Positions 24,627 to 33,810 of a stretch of 48,757 bases of DNA are shown in pieces; positions within the stretch are counted from its first letter, which is position 1, and every line of letters starts with the position of its first letter. This DNA comes from a bacterium (GTDB lineage: Bacteria; Patescibacteriota; Minisyncoccia; Minisyncoccales; RBG-13-42-11). The stretch lies in contig JBDRGQ010000016.1 in NCBI GenBank assembly GCA_043817685.1, positions 1-48,757 of the forward strand. The letters are read 5' to 3'. Made by a program: the position numbers and the translations under genes. Below the pieces are notes generated by a model. It made no database searches, was not told the origin of the DNA, and saw only the letters and a program-made list of their open reading frames with translations.

Positions 24627-26105
24627 ATGCCGTATAAGCCAACCATAGGTTTAGAAATACATACTGAATTAAAGACCAAAACTAAAATGTTTTGTTCTTG
24701 TTTAAATGATGCCGAAGAAAAAAATCCAAACACTAATGTCTGTCCTATTTGTATGGGCCATCCAGGCACCTTGCCCGTGATTAATAAAGAGGCGATTAAG
24801 AGTGTTATAAAAACTGGATTAGCCTTAAATTGTGAAATTCCTAACTATTCTAAATTCGACAGAAAAAACTATTTTTATCCTGATTTGCCTAAGGGTTATC
24901 AGATTAGTCAGTATGATAAACCTCTTTGTCAAACAGGGTTTTTAAACATAAACGGAAAGAAAATAATAATTACTAGAATTCATTTGGAAGAAGATACTGG
25001 AAGATTAGTTCATCCTCAGGGAGAAGATTATTCTTTGGTTGATTTTAATAGAGCCGGGATTCCTTTAATGGAATTGGTTACTGAGCCGGATATTAATTCT
25101 GTCCTAGAAGCTAAGAGATTTGCTGAAGAATTGCAGCTTATCCTTAGATATTTGGGCGTGTCAAATGCCGACATGGAAAAAGGACAAATGAGAGTAGAAG
25201 CTAATATCTCTCTTAGTAAGGACAGCAAATTAGGAACAAAAGTAGAGATTAAGAATTTAAATTCTTTTAGAGCAGTAGAAAGGGGAATTGATTATGAAAT
25301 AGGAAGACAAAAAGAATTATTAGAAAAAGGAGAGAAAATCGTCCAAGAAACCCGAGGTTGGGATGATGTTAAAAACAAGACCTTTTCGCAAAGGGAAAAA
25401 GAAGAAGCTCATGATTATAGATATTTTCCAGAGCCTGATTTACCTCCTCTAAACCATACAAATAATTTTATAAAAGAGATTAAAGCTGAAATATTTGAAT
25501 TACCTCAACAAAAGAGAGAAAGATTTAAGAAAGAATATTCTTTGGGAGAAAAAGAAATAGAAGTTTTACTTAGAAATAAAAAATTGTGTGATTATTTCGA
25601 AAAAGTAATTTCTGAATTGGCGAGTTGGATGGTTAGTTTAGAAGGGGAGAAGTCTTTAAGTGGGGATAAATTTTTTAAACTAATAAAACTTTGCGCTAAT
25701 TATCTAATAACAGACCTCCAGGGATTATTAGGTAAAATTTCGTTAGATAGCAGTAAATTTTTGATAACTCCAGAGAATTTTGCAGAATTTGTTATTCTTA
25801 TTTATAAAGAAGAAATTTCCAGTAAAATAGCTAAAATAATCTTGGTGGATATGTTGAAAACGGGAGCTGATCCATCTAATATTATTAAAGAAAGGGGATT
25901 GGCGCAGATTAGCGATGTTTCTGAAATAGAAAATATTATAAATGATATCATATCCGCTAATCCCAGAGTTGTAGAAGATTATAAAAAAGGAAAAGAAAAT
26001 GCTCTTCAATATTTAATAGGGCAGATTATGGCTAAAACTAGAGGTAAGGCCAACCCAAAAATAATAAAAGAGGTTTTGAACAGTTTATTGACAAAAGTAA
26101 AATAA
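24627..26105 (+). CDS. gatB: Asp/Glu-tRNA amidotransferase subunit B
   Basis: IGLEIH, FDRKNYFYPDLPKGYQISQ, DYRYFPEPDLPP. Confidence 0.98.
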   Translation: MPYKPTIGLEIHTELKTKTKMFCSCLNDAEEKNPNTNVCPICMGHPGTLPVINKEAIKSVIKTGLALNCEIPNYSKFDRKNYFYPDLPKGYQISQYDKPLCQTGFLNINGKKIIITRIHLEEDTGRLVHPQGEDYSLVDFNRAGIPLMELVTEPDINSVLEAKRFAEELQLILRYLGVSNADMEKGQMRVEANISLSKDSKLGTKVEIKNLNSFRAVERGIDYEIGRQKELLEKGEKIVQETRGWDDVKNKTFSQREKEEAHDYRYFPEPDLPPLNHTNNFIKEIKAEIFELPQQKRERFKKEYSLGEKEIEVLLRNKKLCDYFEKVISELASWMVSLEGEKSLSGDKFFKLIKLCANYLITDLQGLLGKISLDSSKFLITPENFAEFVILIYKEEISSKIAKIILVDMLKTGADPSNIIKERGLAQISDVSEIENIINDIISANPRVVEDYKKGKENALQYLIGQIMAKTRGKANPKIIKEVLNSLLTKVK

Positions 26106-26151
26106 ATTGTATAATATCTTAAGAGAGATAAGTTTTTATCTTTATGGGAGG
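26088..26151 (+). promoter_or_regulatory. Promoter and SD of MraZ-like cassette
   Basis: TTGACA-N16-TATAAT (-35 inside last gatB codons); GGGAGG at 26146-26151. Confidence 0.7.
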
Positions 26152-26157
26152 TTTTTA

Positions 26158-26523
26158 ATGTTCTTTGGTGAATATTTTTTCAGTGGAAGAAGGTTAGCTA
26201 TTTCGCATAAGTTTGGGTTGCCGATTGGGACGACGGTCGCGATTAGAAAAGGTCCTGGTAGAACCCTAACTTTATTTCCTAATCCCGCTGACCAAAAAGG
26301 GGGGTGCCTAATAACAATTGGCACAGGTGGGAGGATTTCCATTCCATTTCCTCTTCAAAGATATGCCGAGATTGAAAACGGAGGGACAATTCTCGGTTGC
26401 TATTCCTTTTTAGAGATTTTAAGCAGAGAAAGATGGAAGAGGAAAAAAGAAGAAAGCGAATGCGAAAGGGAAGAAGCCCTGAGTGCTTTGCACATTAGGC
26501 GACAACAAAATGGGAGCGGTTAA
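26158..26523 (+). CDS. Highly diverged MraZ/AbrB-like protein
   Basis: MFFGEY..RLAI..., GRISIP..LQRYAEI...ILG...LEILS parallels both MraZ repeats; SD supports ATG 26158. Confidence 0.65.
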   Translation: MFFGEYFFSGRRLAISHKFGLPIGTTVAIRKGPGRTLTLFPNPADQKGGCLITIGTGGRISIPFPLQRYAEIENGGTILGCYSFLEILSRERWKRKKEESECEREEALSALHIRRQQNGSG

Positions 26524-26552
26524 AATACTTTATGTATTGTCCGCCCCTTTTT
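26512..26552 (+). terminator. Intrinsic terminator
   Basis: GGGAGCGG...CCGCCCC plus TTTTT. Confidence 0.65.
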
Positions 26553-26562
26553 ATTTGCTCTA

Positions 26563-26610
26563 TTGACAAAATAATATACTGTAGTATAATATATTATATT
26601 GAGGAGGTGA
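26563..26610 (+). promoter_or_regulatory. Promoter and SD of 71-aa orphan
   Basis: TTGACA-N16-TATAAT; GAGGAGGTGA at 26601-26610. Confidence 0.75.
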
Positions 26611-26618
26611 GAAAATAA

Positions 26619-26834
26619 ATGAACGTTAATGAAATCACTATAGGAATGTCTGTCCACGACTTGGATAGAAATCTTCAAGGGATGAGTACGAAAGCATTCG
26701 TCCATGGAGGTAAGTTCTACGGTCAGATAGACAATGGCTTTAGAAAGCAACATTCCGATACTCATTGTTCAATCATTGTCCCAGATCAGCGGATTCCGTT
26801 ATATCCGCCAACCAGAGCCAAAGTAGGTTTCTAG
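26619..26834 (+). CDS. Small hypothetical protein (71 aa)
   Basis: Own consensus promoter, strong SD and downstream hairpins. Confidence 0.6.
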   Translation: MNVNEITIGMSVHDLDRNLQGMSTKAFVHGGKFYGQIDNGFRKQHSDTHCSIIVPDQRIPLYPPTRAKVGF

Positions 26835-26857
26835 GTTGTCCAGAGTGGACGACAAAG

Positions 26858-26897
26858 GCGGGAAGTCGCAAATGTATTTACAAATGTAACTTCCCGC
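26858..26897. terminator. Hairpin between convergent genes (probable terminator)
   Basis: GCGGGAAGT...ACTTCCCGC 9-bp perfect stem. Confidence 0.65.
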
Positions 26898-26902
26898 TCT
26901 TC

Positions 26903-27790
26903 TTATTCTATAAATTTTTTAACTATTTTTTCAGCATCATGCTGTTTTTTTATCCAGCAGATGCGTTTATCTCTCTTAAACCAAGTCATCTGACGTTTGG
27001 AGTAATTATTTAGTTCTATTAGAGATTTTTCTATAAATTCTTTCTCGGTAATTTTCTTATGCAGATATTGACTGGCGGTTCTATAATGAACACCGAATTC
27101 TTCAATTCTTTTCCAAGACAATCCTAATTTTTTTAAGCTCAAAACTTCTTTTAAAAATCCTAACTTTAACCATTCAAAAAACCTTTTTTTAATAAGTTGT
27201 TCTAATTCCTTTTTCTTTTTCTTAACCCCGATTATTAAGAATGGATAGGGCAGGGGATTTTTTTTTAATTCAGGGACGGGTTTTTTTGTTTTTATCACTA
27301 TTTCTAAGGCTCTGATTAACCTTCTTCTGTTGTCTTTGTCTATTATTTCAGCTCTCTTTTTATCTAATTTTTTAAGTCTTTTAAACAGTTCTTCTGTAGT
27401 TAGTTTTTCTAAATTTCTTCTTAATTTTTGGTCTGGTTTCACTTCGGGGACACTTACACCGTCAATAATTGCTTGTATGTATAAACCTGTTCCTCCACAA
27501 AGTATTGGAAGTTTGTTCTTTTCTTGTATTTTTTTAATTGTTTTTAGGGCCAATTTTCTATATTGGGCGACACTAAATCTTGTTTTAGGATCAGCTATAT
27601 CCAAAAGATAGTGGGGGACACCGAGCATTTCTTTCTTTGTTATTTTACCAGTCCCAATGTCCATTTTTTTATATACTTGTCTAGAATCAGCGGATATTAC
27701 TTCTCCCTTAAAATTTTTGGCTAATTTTATAGCTAAAAATGATTTCCCTGATGCAGTTGGTCCGACTATGGTTATTAATTTTTTATTCAT
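26903..27790 (-). CDS. miaA: tRNA dimethylallyltransferase
   Basis: GPTASGKS, SADSRQVY, GGTGLY, KRQMTWF. Confidence 0.97.
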   Translation of the reverse strand: MNKKLITIVGPTASGKSFLAIKLAKNFKGEVISADSRQVYKKMDIGTGKITKKEMLGVPHYLLDIADPKTRFSVAQYRKLALKTIKKIQEKNKLPILCGGTGLYIQAIIDGVSVPEVKPDQKLRRNLEKLTTEELFKRLKKLDKKRAEIIDKDNRRRLIRALEIVIKTKKPVPELKKNPLPYPFLIIGVKKKKKELEQLIKKRFFEWLKLGFLKEVLSLKKLGLSWKRIEEFGVHYRTASQYLHKKITEKEFIEKSLIELNNYSKRQMTWFKRDKRICWIKKQHDAEKIVKKFIE

Positions 27791-28793
27791 GTATATTTGC
27801 TATTTTTATTAAGGACTGTTCCCTTTCCTTTTTTTCTTTGAACGGAACGCCATCTTTTAAATTAAAAGAAACTGTTCCTTCTCTCGGAGAATATTTATTA
27901 ATGTAAGCTATGTTAAATTTTATTTCTTTGAACAGTTTTTCGGTGTTCTTGAATTGTTTTTTTGTTTCTCCAGGGAATCCCACTATTACGTCCGTGGATA
28001 GATTTATATCAGGCATAGCTTTTCTTATCTTTTTAACTAAATCTTTGTAATTCTTTACGGTATATGGCCTATTCATTTTTTTAAGAATAATATTGTCTCC
28101 TGATTGCACGGGAAGATTTAAATATCTGGAAAAATGTTTTGATTCAGCTAAAGTTTTAATTAATTCATCGGAGAAGTTTTTAGGGTGGGGAGACATAAAG
28201 AATATTTTAAATTTTCCTGGAATTTCATCTATTAACCTAAATAGTTTTGAAAAGTTTATTTTTTTGTCTTTAGAAGATTTGTAATCATTAACATTTTGTC
28301 CCAATAGCCAGATTTCTTTAACTCCCTTTTTTACCGCTCTTTTAATTTCTTCTAGTATTTTTTTATGATCCCTGCAGATTAATTTACCTCTAGTGTAGGG
28401 GACAACGCAATAAGAACAGAAATTATTGCAACCGTTAGAAATAGGAATATAGGCAATTTTGGAAGAATAGTATTCTGGGGGACAGTTGAAATCTTTGTCT
28501 TGTTCCCAAATAGAATCAAACCCCTCTTTTAGTTTTTTTAAATCTTTTTTTAATACACATCCAGTAAGAATCGTTTTTATTTTCTTCTTCTTTTTTATCT
28601 TTTTAAACTTTTGGATTAGACCGAATATTCTGTCCACAGCAGGCTGTCTTACAGAACACATATTCACCACGATTAAATCTGCCTCATTAATATTTTGGGC
28701 CGATTTGTATTTCTTTCTTTCTAATCCAGAGGCTATTCTCTTTGAGTCCGCCTTATTCATCTGGCATCCGTACGTAATGATGTGGTACTTCAT
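27783..28793 (-). CDS. miaB: MiaB-family radical SAM methylthiotransferase (no TRAM domain)
   Basis: TYGCQMN, CNNFCSYC, IVGFPGET; adjacent to miaA. Confidence 0.9.
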   Translation of the reverse strand: MKYHIITYGCQMNKADSKRIASGLERKKYKSAQNINEADLIVVNMCSVRQPAVDRIFGLIQKFKKIKKKKKIKTILTGCVLKKDLKKLKEGFDSIWEQDKDFNCPPEYYSSKIAYIPISNGCNNFCSYCVVPYTRGKLICRDHKKILEEIKRAVKKGVKEIWLLGQNVNDYKSSKDKKINFSKLFRLIDEIPGKFKIFFMSPHPKNFSDELIKTLAESKHFSRYLNLPVQSGDNIILKKMNRPYTVKNYKDLVKKIRKAMPDINLSTDVIVGFPGETKKQFKNTEKLFKEIKFNIAYINKYSPREGTVSFNLKDGVPFKEKKEREQSLIKIANIHE

Positions 28794-28795
28794 AA

Positions 28796-28850
28796 ACCAA
28801 GTTTTTATTTATAAAAATGCAGATTGAAATGAAGCGTTAGCTTCATTAAG
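28796..28850 (+). repeat. Two-hairpin REP-like element, copy C
   Basis: ACCAA GTTTTTAT tt ATAAAAAT GCAGATTGA AATGAAGC gtta GCTTCATT. Confidence 0.7.
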
Positions 28851-28906
28851 CATAATACCGAGCTCTCATTTACCTCCCTATTTTAACAATAAAAATAACT
28901 GTTTTC

Positions 28907-28945
28907 AACTAAAAACCCCATATGTGGCTGGGGATTTTAGTTTTC
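28907..28945. terminator. Hairpin terminator downstream of Kazal-protein gene
   Basis: AACTAAAAACCCCA...TGGGGATTTTAGTT imperfect stem. Confidence 0.65.
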
Positions 28946-28957
28946 AAAAAAGAGAGA

Positions 28958-30301
28958 TTAACGATTTAGAATCCCTTTTATCGGTTCAATCAATTGTTTC
29001 TGGAAAAAATTGTTTTCGGCTTTTTCCATTTCTCTTTCTTGTTCCATATTTAAAGTATTATCATCTTCATTTTTTTCCATTTCTCGTTCTTGTTCACGTT
29101 CTTGGACCCGTTCGCAAATTCCTTCATAAGCAACATTAACACCGGATGCATTAGCAAAACATTTATTACTGTAGGTTTTTCCATTTTTTCCGCAAACTGG
29201 CGCCCAAAGTAATGTGCAGGCAGTGTTTTGGGAAGAGTTGGTTTCTGCTAGAGTAATGCATTCAAAATCAGTTATACAGCCATCATCGTCTCTATCTACA
29301 ACAATTCTGCCGTTGGCACAGAAATTAGATGTTGGTTTTTCTATTTCTTTACACTCGGCTGTTTGAACGCGTTCCCTTACTTGCTCTATAATTCTTTCTC
29401 TTGAGTCCAGAAGCATTTCTTTAATGGCTGGAATATTTTCTTTCAAGCTGTCCAATATCTCCAATTGTTTTTCCTTGTCTCCCGAAGAATTTTCAATGTA
29501 TTCTTGAAATTTTTCTCTTTGTTGGACGGATAAAGTTTCAAGTTTTTCCTTTAAGGCGTTCATTGTTGATTCTTGAACGTTGCGGATTGCGTTTTTTGCT
29601 TGTTCAGGAACTTTTTCTATAAGTCTCCCGAGGACTTCCAGATTTTTGAATCCTTGAAAATCGCTTCCTTCAATCTCTTTAAGGTTCTTTTCCAGTCTCT
29701 CCTGTATTCTTTCTGTATTGGCATTTTCCAATCTTGTCATGACTTCTCCAAAGTTTTCAAGTTGTTTCTCTTTAATTTCCCTTATTTTTTCCATGGCCTC
29801 TTCTGGAACTTGATTTTCTAGTCTTTGGATTATTCTTTGGTGAAGAATTTGTTTCTGAACAAATTTATCCAAGAATTTACCCGTCTCTTCATCGGCTTCA
29901 GTTTGGGTTCTTTCTTGTATTTTAGCAGCTATTTGCTGCATATCGCCTAATTCTTTCTGATAGTTTCGGAGAGCAGTTTTAATTCTTTCTTGATTGGCAT
30001 TTTGCTCTACCATTTTTTGGAGCTCTATTATTTTTTCATTACTGAATTTTTCTTTGAGTTCTAGTTTCTTAATTTGGTTGAAAGTAAAGAAACTTTGTAT
30101 CCCTCTGCCCATTTCTTTTAAAAAATAGAAAGGGTTATCGGGCAAAAGACTAGGCTCTTCGATTCCCAGGTCTTCTGCAGTTATGGTTTCGTCTAAAGAT
30201 AGTTCTTCAGATGCCGCTGATTCTTCTTGGGCTAAAGTTAATCCAGCTCCCAAAAGAAAAGAAATTGCAAACAATGTTATTGATATTTTCTTAAATGTCA
30301 T
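28958..30301 (-). CDS. Secreted coiled-coil protein with DUF5667-like N-terminus and Kazal-type inhibitor domain
   Basis: Signal peptide, LLPDNPFYFLKE motif, CTLLWAPVCGKNGKTYSNKC...EGIC, QEREME repeats. Confidence 0.8.
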   Translation of the reverse strand: MTFKKISITLFAISFLLGAGLTLAQEESAASEELSLDETITAEDLGIEEPSLLPDNPFYFLKEMGRGIQSFFTFNQIKKLELKEKFSNEKIIELQKMVEQNANQERIKTALRNYQKELGDMQQIAAKIQERTQTEADEETGKFLDKFVQKQILHQRIIQRLENQVPEEAMEKIREIKEKQLENFGEVMTRLENANTERIQERLEKNLKEIEGSDFQGFKNLEVLGRLIEKVPEQAKNAIRNVQESTMNALKEKLETLSVQQREKFQEYIENSSGDKEKQLEILDSLKENIPAIKEMLLDSRERIIEQVRERVQTAECKEIEKPTSNFCANGRIVVDRDDDGCITDFECITLAETNSSQNTACTLLWAPVCGKNGKTYSNKCFANASGVNVAYEGICERVQEREQEREMEKNEDDNTLNMEQEREMEKAENNFFQKQLIEPIKGILNR

Positions 30302-30337
30302 AGTTTTTTGATTATTTAATTAATTTTCCGACCTTTC

Positions 30338-30368
30338 TATCTTCAATAAATATTAAATTTATCTCGAT
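30338..30368 (-). repeat. Partial two-hairpin element (first hairpin and linker only)
   Basis: Minus strand: ATC GA GATAAAT ttaat ATTTATT GAA GAT. Confidence 0.45.
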
Positions 30369-30370
30369 TA

Positions 30371-31981
30371 TTAATGTATTTCTTCTTTTTTCTCTTTTAA
30401 AAATGCTCTCCATTGTTCTAGGAATTCCACGAATTTTTGGAAGGGCATATCGATAAAGAAGTTGATCAAAACCACTATTATATTATACCTTGTCCATTGA
30501 CCAGAAAGCCATCTCCCCATTCTTATTATAGGCAAGGAAAAGAGATCAATAAAGAATACCAGGAAGGATTCTTTTCTTTCTATTATTTCTAATTCTTTGG
30601 ATCTTTCCCTTATTTTAACTCCGGCAAAAGATATTAAAGCGATGAAGACTAAAAATATTATTATAGACAATACTCCAAAGTTTAAATAATTAAGCCCCCA
30701 TATTATTAATCCGAAAGAAAGAACAAATGTGGATAGGTAAAGTATGGTTATAATGCTATTCATGAGCCATCCTCTTTTAGGATTTGGTTTTATCGTATAA
30801 ACATCTTTTTCTTTTCTCTCGTAGGCCGTCTTTATGGTTTCTATTATCACTTGTTGGAGATTTTCTTTTTGTGGGGGTCTTATTGTTAGCACTAAAAAGA
30901 ACATGAGGGTGGGAGGAATTATTATGTTTAACCCTAAGACAACATAATCAAATTGCCCAGTAACATATTTATCAAACGGTATCTCAAAGGCTAAAGCCAG
31001 TAAAGCTTTAGTAATAAAAATAGACAGAGTAGCGTAAAAAGCCGCTCTCTTAACTCTAGAACGGGAAGCTTTAAGTCTTTTGTTGTAAGCTTCAGTAATC
31101 TTATTTTCAAAAGTGTTGGCATCAGATATTTTTTGAAAAGCCTCCATCGGGCTTTCTGATATGACGTCTCCAAGTATTAAATAGGGAGTATCGTATCTTT
31201 CGCATATCTTGTAGAATTTCTTTGACATCGGATGTTTTAATATTTTTTCAATTTCGTTCCATAGGAAATATATATTTTTAACTGATTCTTGAATAAGTAA
31301 ATCTTTATCGCTTAAAGTATTCCAGTTAGGATATTTTCTTTTTAATAAATTATAACTGATAATTGAAGCATCCAATTTGAACAAAGCTTTTTGGACAGCC
31401 ACATAAACTTGGGTATTTTTTTCTTCCTCCGTCATTCCTCCGACAACAAAATTTCCCTCTTTTACTTCTATTTTACTTCCCATTAATTCGGCCATATAAT
31501 CTATCAAAGCTTTTTCTCTGATTGGGGGTGAAAGAATTTCCTCCAACTCGCAAGCCGCTATGGAGAGCAACCAATCAAATATTCTTACTTTTTGCTTTTC
31601 TTTTTCAGTACCGGATTCGTTTTGCAGTATATACAGATATTTATCAAGAGATTTTTTAACTTCTTCTATTTTTGATTCGTTTATCTTATCGTTTGGAAAG
31701 TGTCCTCCTCTTATTAGTTCTAAAACCAAAGGGCCAGCTATGTCTTTTCCATTCTTCTCAACGAGCAATCTTCTTTTTAATATTCTTTCTATAGCAGCCC
31801 TTCTCATTAAATGTTCTTCTCTCCAATCTACAACTTCTCTTATTTTCTCGTAAAATATCGCCAAAGCTGAAATTGCTTCATCCACATGAATTGTGGAAGG
31901 AGCTGTTTTAGTCTGGGTTGATTGATACCAGGTTTGGAATTTTCTAATTAAACTTTGTGTTTGTTGAGATAATTCTGCCAT
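30371..31981 (-). CDS. Hypothetical integral membrane protein
   Basis: Soluble N-domain (YEKIREVVDWREEHLMRRAAIERIL) plus 4-5 TM helices. Confidence 0.8.
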   Translation of the reverse strand: MAELSQQTQSLIRKFQTWYQSTQTKTAPSTIHVDEAISALAIFYEKIREVVDWREEHLMRRAAIERILKRRLLVEKNGKDIAGPLVLELIRGGHFPNDKINESKIEEVKKSLDKYLYILQNESGTEKEKQKVRIFDWLLSIAACELEEILSPPIREKALIDYMAELMGSKIEVKEGNFVVGGMTEEEKNTQVYVAVQKALFKLDASIISYNLLKRKYPNWNTLSDKDLLIQESVKNIYFLWNEIEKILKHPMSKKFYKICERYDTPYLILGDVISESPMEAFQKISDANTFENKITEAYNKRLKASRSRVKRAAFYATLSIFITKALLALAFEIPFDKYVTGQFDYVVLGLNIIIPPTLMFFLVLTIRPPQKENLQQVIIETIKTAYERKEKDVYTIKPNPKRGWLMNSIITILYLSTFVLSFGLIIWGLNYLNFGVLSIIIFLVFIALISFAGVKIRERSKELEIIERKESFLVFFIDLFSLPIIRMGRWLSGQWTRYNIIVVLINFFIDMPFQKFVEFLEQWRAFLKEKKEEIH

Positions 31982-31982
31982 T

Positions 31983-33806
31983 TTATTTTTTATAATTTTT
32001 TATAGCTTCTAAATAAAGCTTAAATATTCTTTTTTCTTCTGGACTAAATATTGGATCCTTATTGTTATTTATTTGATCTTCATTTTCGAATATTTTATTT
32101 CCTATTGTTATTTTTTTCTCTTTTAATTCTCTATCACCAATTATAAAGAAATACGGAGTATTTAGATGATGAAAATGTTTCTTTTCAAAATTTATTTTTG
32201 CTTCAGCAATCATTCTAATATTTTTTAATTCGAATAATTCATCAATTTTTATTTCATCTTCGAAATTTTTCATTCTTATCTGAGTTTTTAATGTTTCATA
32301 AATATATTTGGCTAAATCTTTGTGTTGTTTTTCTTTTGGAGCAAGACCAAGTTGGATTGGAGCTAACCAGGCAGGCCACTTAGATAAAATTTCTCCATGA
32401 TGTTCTAACAATATTCCAATGAATCTTTCTAGAGATCCCAAAATGGCCCTATGAATTAAAATTGGTCTTTGTTTCTTCCCATTTTGATTAATATAATTAA
32501 TATCAAAACGTTCTGGTAGATTAAAATCAACTTGGATGGTTGTGCATTGCCACAGCCTGCCTATTGAATCTTTAATTTTAATATCAATTTTAGGTCCATA
32601 AAAAGCACCTCCACCAGCATCAATTTGGTATTTCATATTTGATTTTTCTAAAGCGTATTTTAATGCAGTTTCTGCTTTTTCCCACATTCTTGGTTTGCCA
32701 ACATATTTGTCTGGTTTTGTGGAAAGATAAATATCAAATTCTTCAAATCCAAAAATTCTTAATATTTTATTAGTTAATTTTATTGTTTTAGCTAATTCTT
32801 CAGCTAATTGTTCTTCAGAGCAGAAAATGTGCGCATCGTCTTGAGTGAATCCACGAACTCTTATTAGTCCATGAAGTGTTCCAGATTTTTCATATCTGTA
32901 AACAGTTCCCATTTCTGCGAAACGAATAGGTAGATTTTTATAGCTTCTTAATTCTGTTTTATAAATAGCAATATGGAAGGGGCAATTCATTGGTTTTATC
33001 TGATAGTCATCTTTTTCTCTTTTATCCAAATCCTTCATTCTCATTGGTGGCATCATATTTTCTTTGTAGAAGTCTGAATGTCCAGAAATTCTCCAAAGAT
33101 TTAATTTAGCTATATGAGGGGTTTCTACAAGCTGATACCCGTCTTTTAAACATTCTTCTATAATACGATCCATTATTGCTTTTTTTAGTGATGCTCCCTT
33201 TGGGTGCCACAAAATAAGTCCTGGTCCCACGTTTTCATCTATATGGAATAAATCCATTGTTTGGCCCAAAATTCTATGGTCTCTTTTTTCTGCTTCTTCT
33301 TGTAATTTTATGTAACTATCAAGTTCTTTTTTTGTAGAAAAAGCTAATCCATAAATTCTGGTTAGCATTTGGTTTTTTTCTGATCCTTTCCAGTAAGCCC
33401 CTGCTGTTTTTTCAAGCTCGAAAGCATCTGGATTTATTTCTTTTGTAGATTTTAAATGAGGTCCTTTACACAAATCAACAAAAGTTCCGCTTTCATATAT
33501 TGTTGCTGTTTTTCCCGGTAATTCAGCTATTAAATCTAATTTGTAAGGTTGGTCTTTAAAAAGTTTTCTAGCTTCTGTTTTAGTGATATTTTTTTTATTG
33601 AAAACAAAATTTTGTTTTATCAGTTCTTTCATTTTCTTTTCTATTTTAGGAAGGTCTTGTATCGAGATATTATTTTTAAATTCAAAATCGTAATAGAATC
33701 CGTTTTCTATTGCGGGGCCAATACCGAACTTAACTCCAGGATAAAGTTCTTTTATGGCATGGGCCAATATGTGTGATAAAGAATGTCTTAAGATTTCTTC
33801 TTTCAT
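31983..33806 (-). CDS. thrS: Threonine-tRNA ligase (no TGS domain)
   Basis: RHSLSH, DLCKGPH, KPMNCPFH, RVRGFTQDDAH, GAFYGPK. Confidence 0.96.
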   Translation of the reverse strand: MKEEILRHSLSHILAHAIKELYPGVKFGIGPAIENGFYYDFEFKNNISIQDLPKIEKKMKELIKQNFVFNKKNITKTEARKLFKDQPYKLDLIAELPGKTATIYESGTFVDLCKGPHLKSTKEINPDAFELEKTAGAYWKGSEKNQMLTRIYGLAFSTKKELDSYIKLQEEAEKRDHRILGQTMDLFHIDENVGPGLILWHPKGASLKKAIMDRIIEECLKDGYQLVETPHIAKLNLWRISGHSDFYKENMMPPMRMKDLDKREKDDYQIKPMNCPFHIAIYKTELRSYKNLPIRFAEMGTVYRYEKSGTLHGLIRVRGFTQDDAHIFCSEEQLAEELAKTIKLTNKILRIFGFEEFDIYLSTKPDKYVGKPRMWEKAETALKYALEKSNMKYQIDAGGGAFYGPKIDIKIKDSIGRLWQCTTIQVDFNLPERFDINYINQNGKKQRPILIHRAILGSLERFIGILLEHHGEILSKWPAWLAPIQLGLAPKEKQHKDLAKYIYETLKTQIRMKNFEDEIKIDELFELKNIRMIAEAKINFEKKHFHHLNTPYFFIIGDRELKEKKITIGNKIFENEDQINNNKDPIFSPEEKRIFKLYLEAIKNYKK

Positions 33807-33810
33807 GTTT

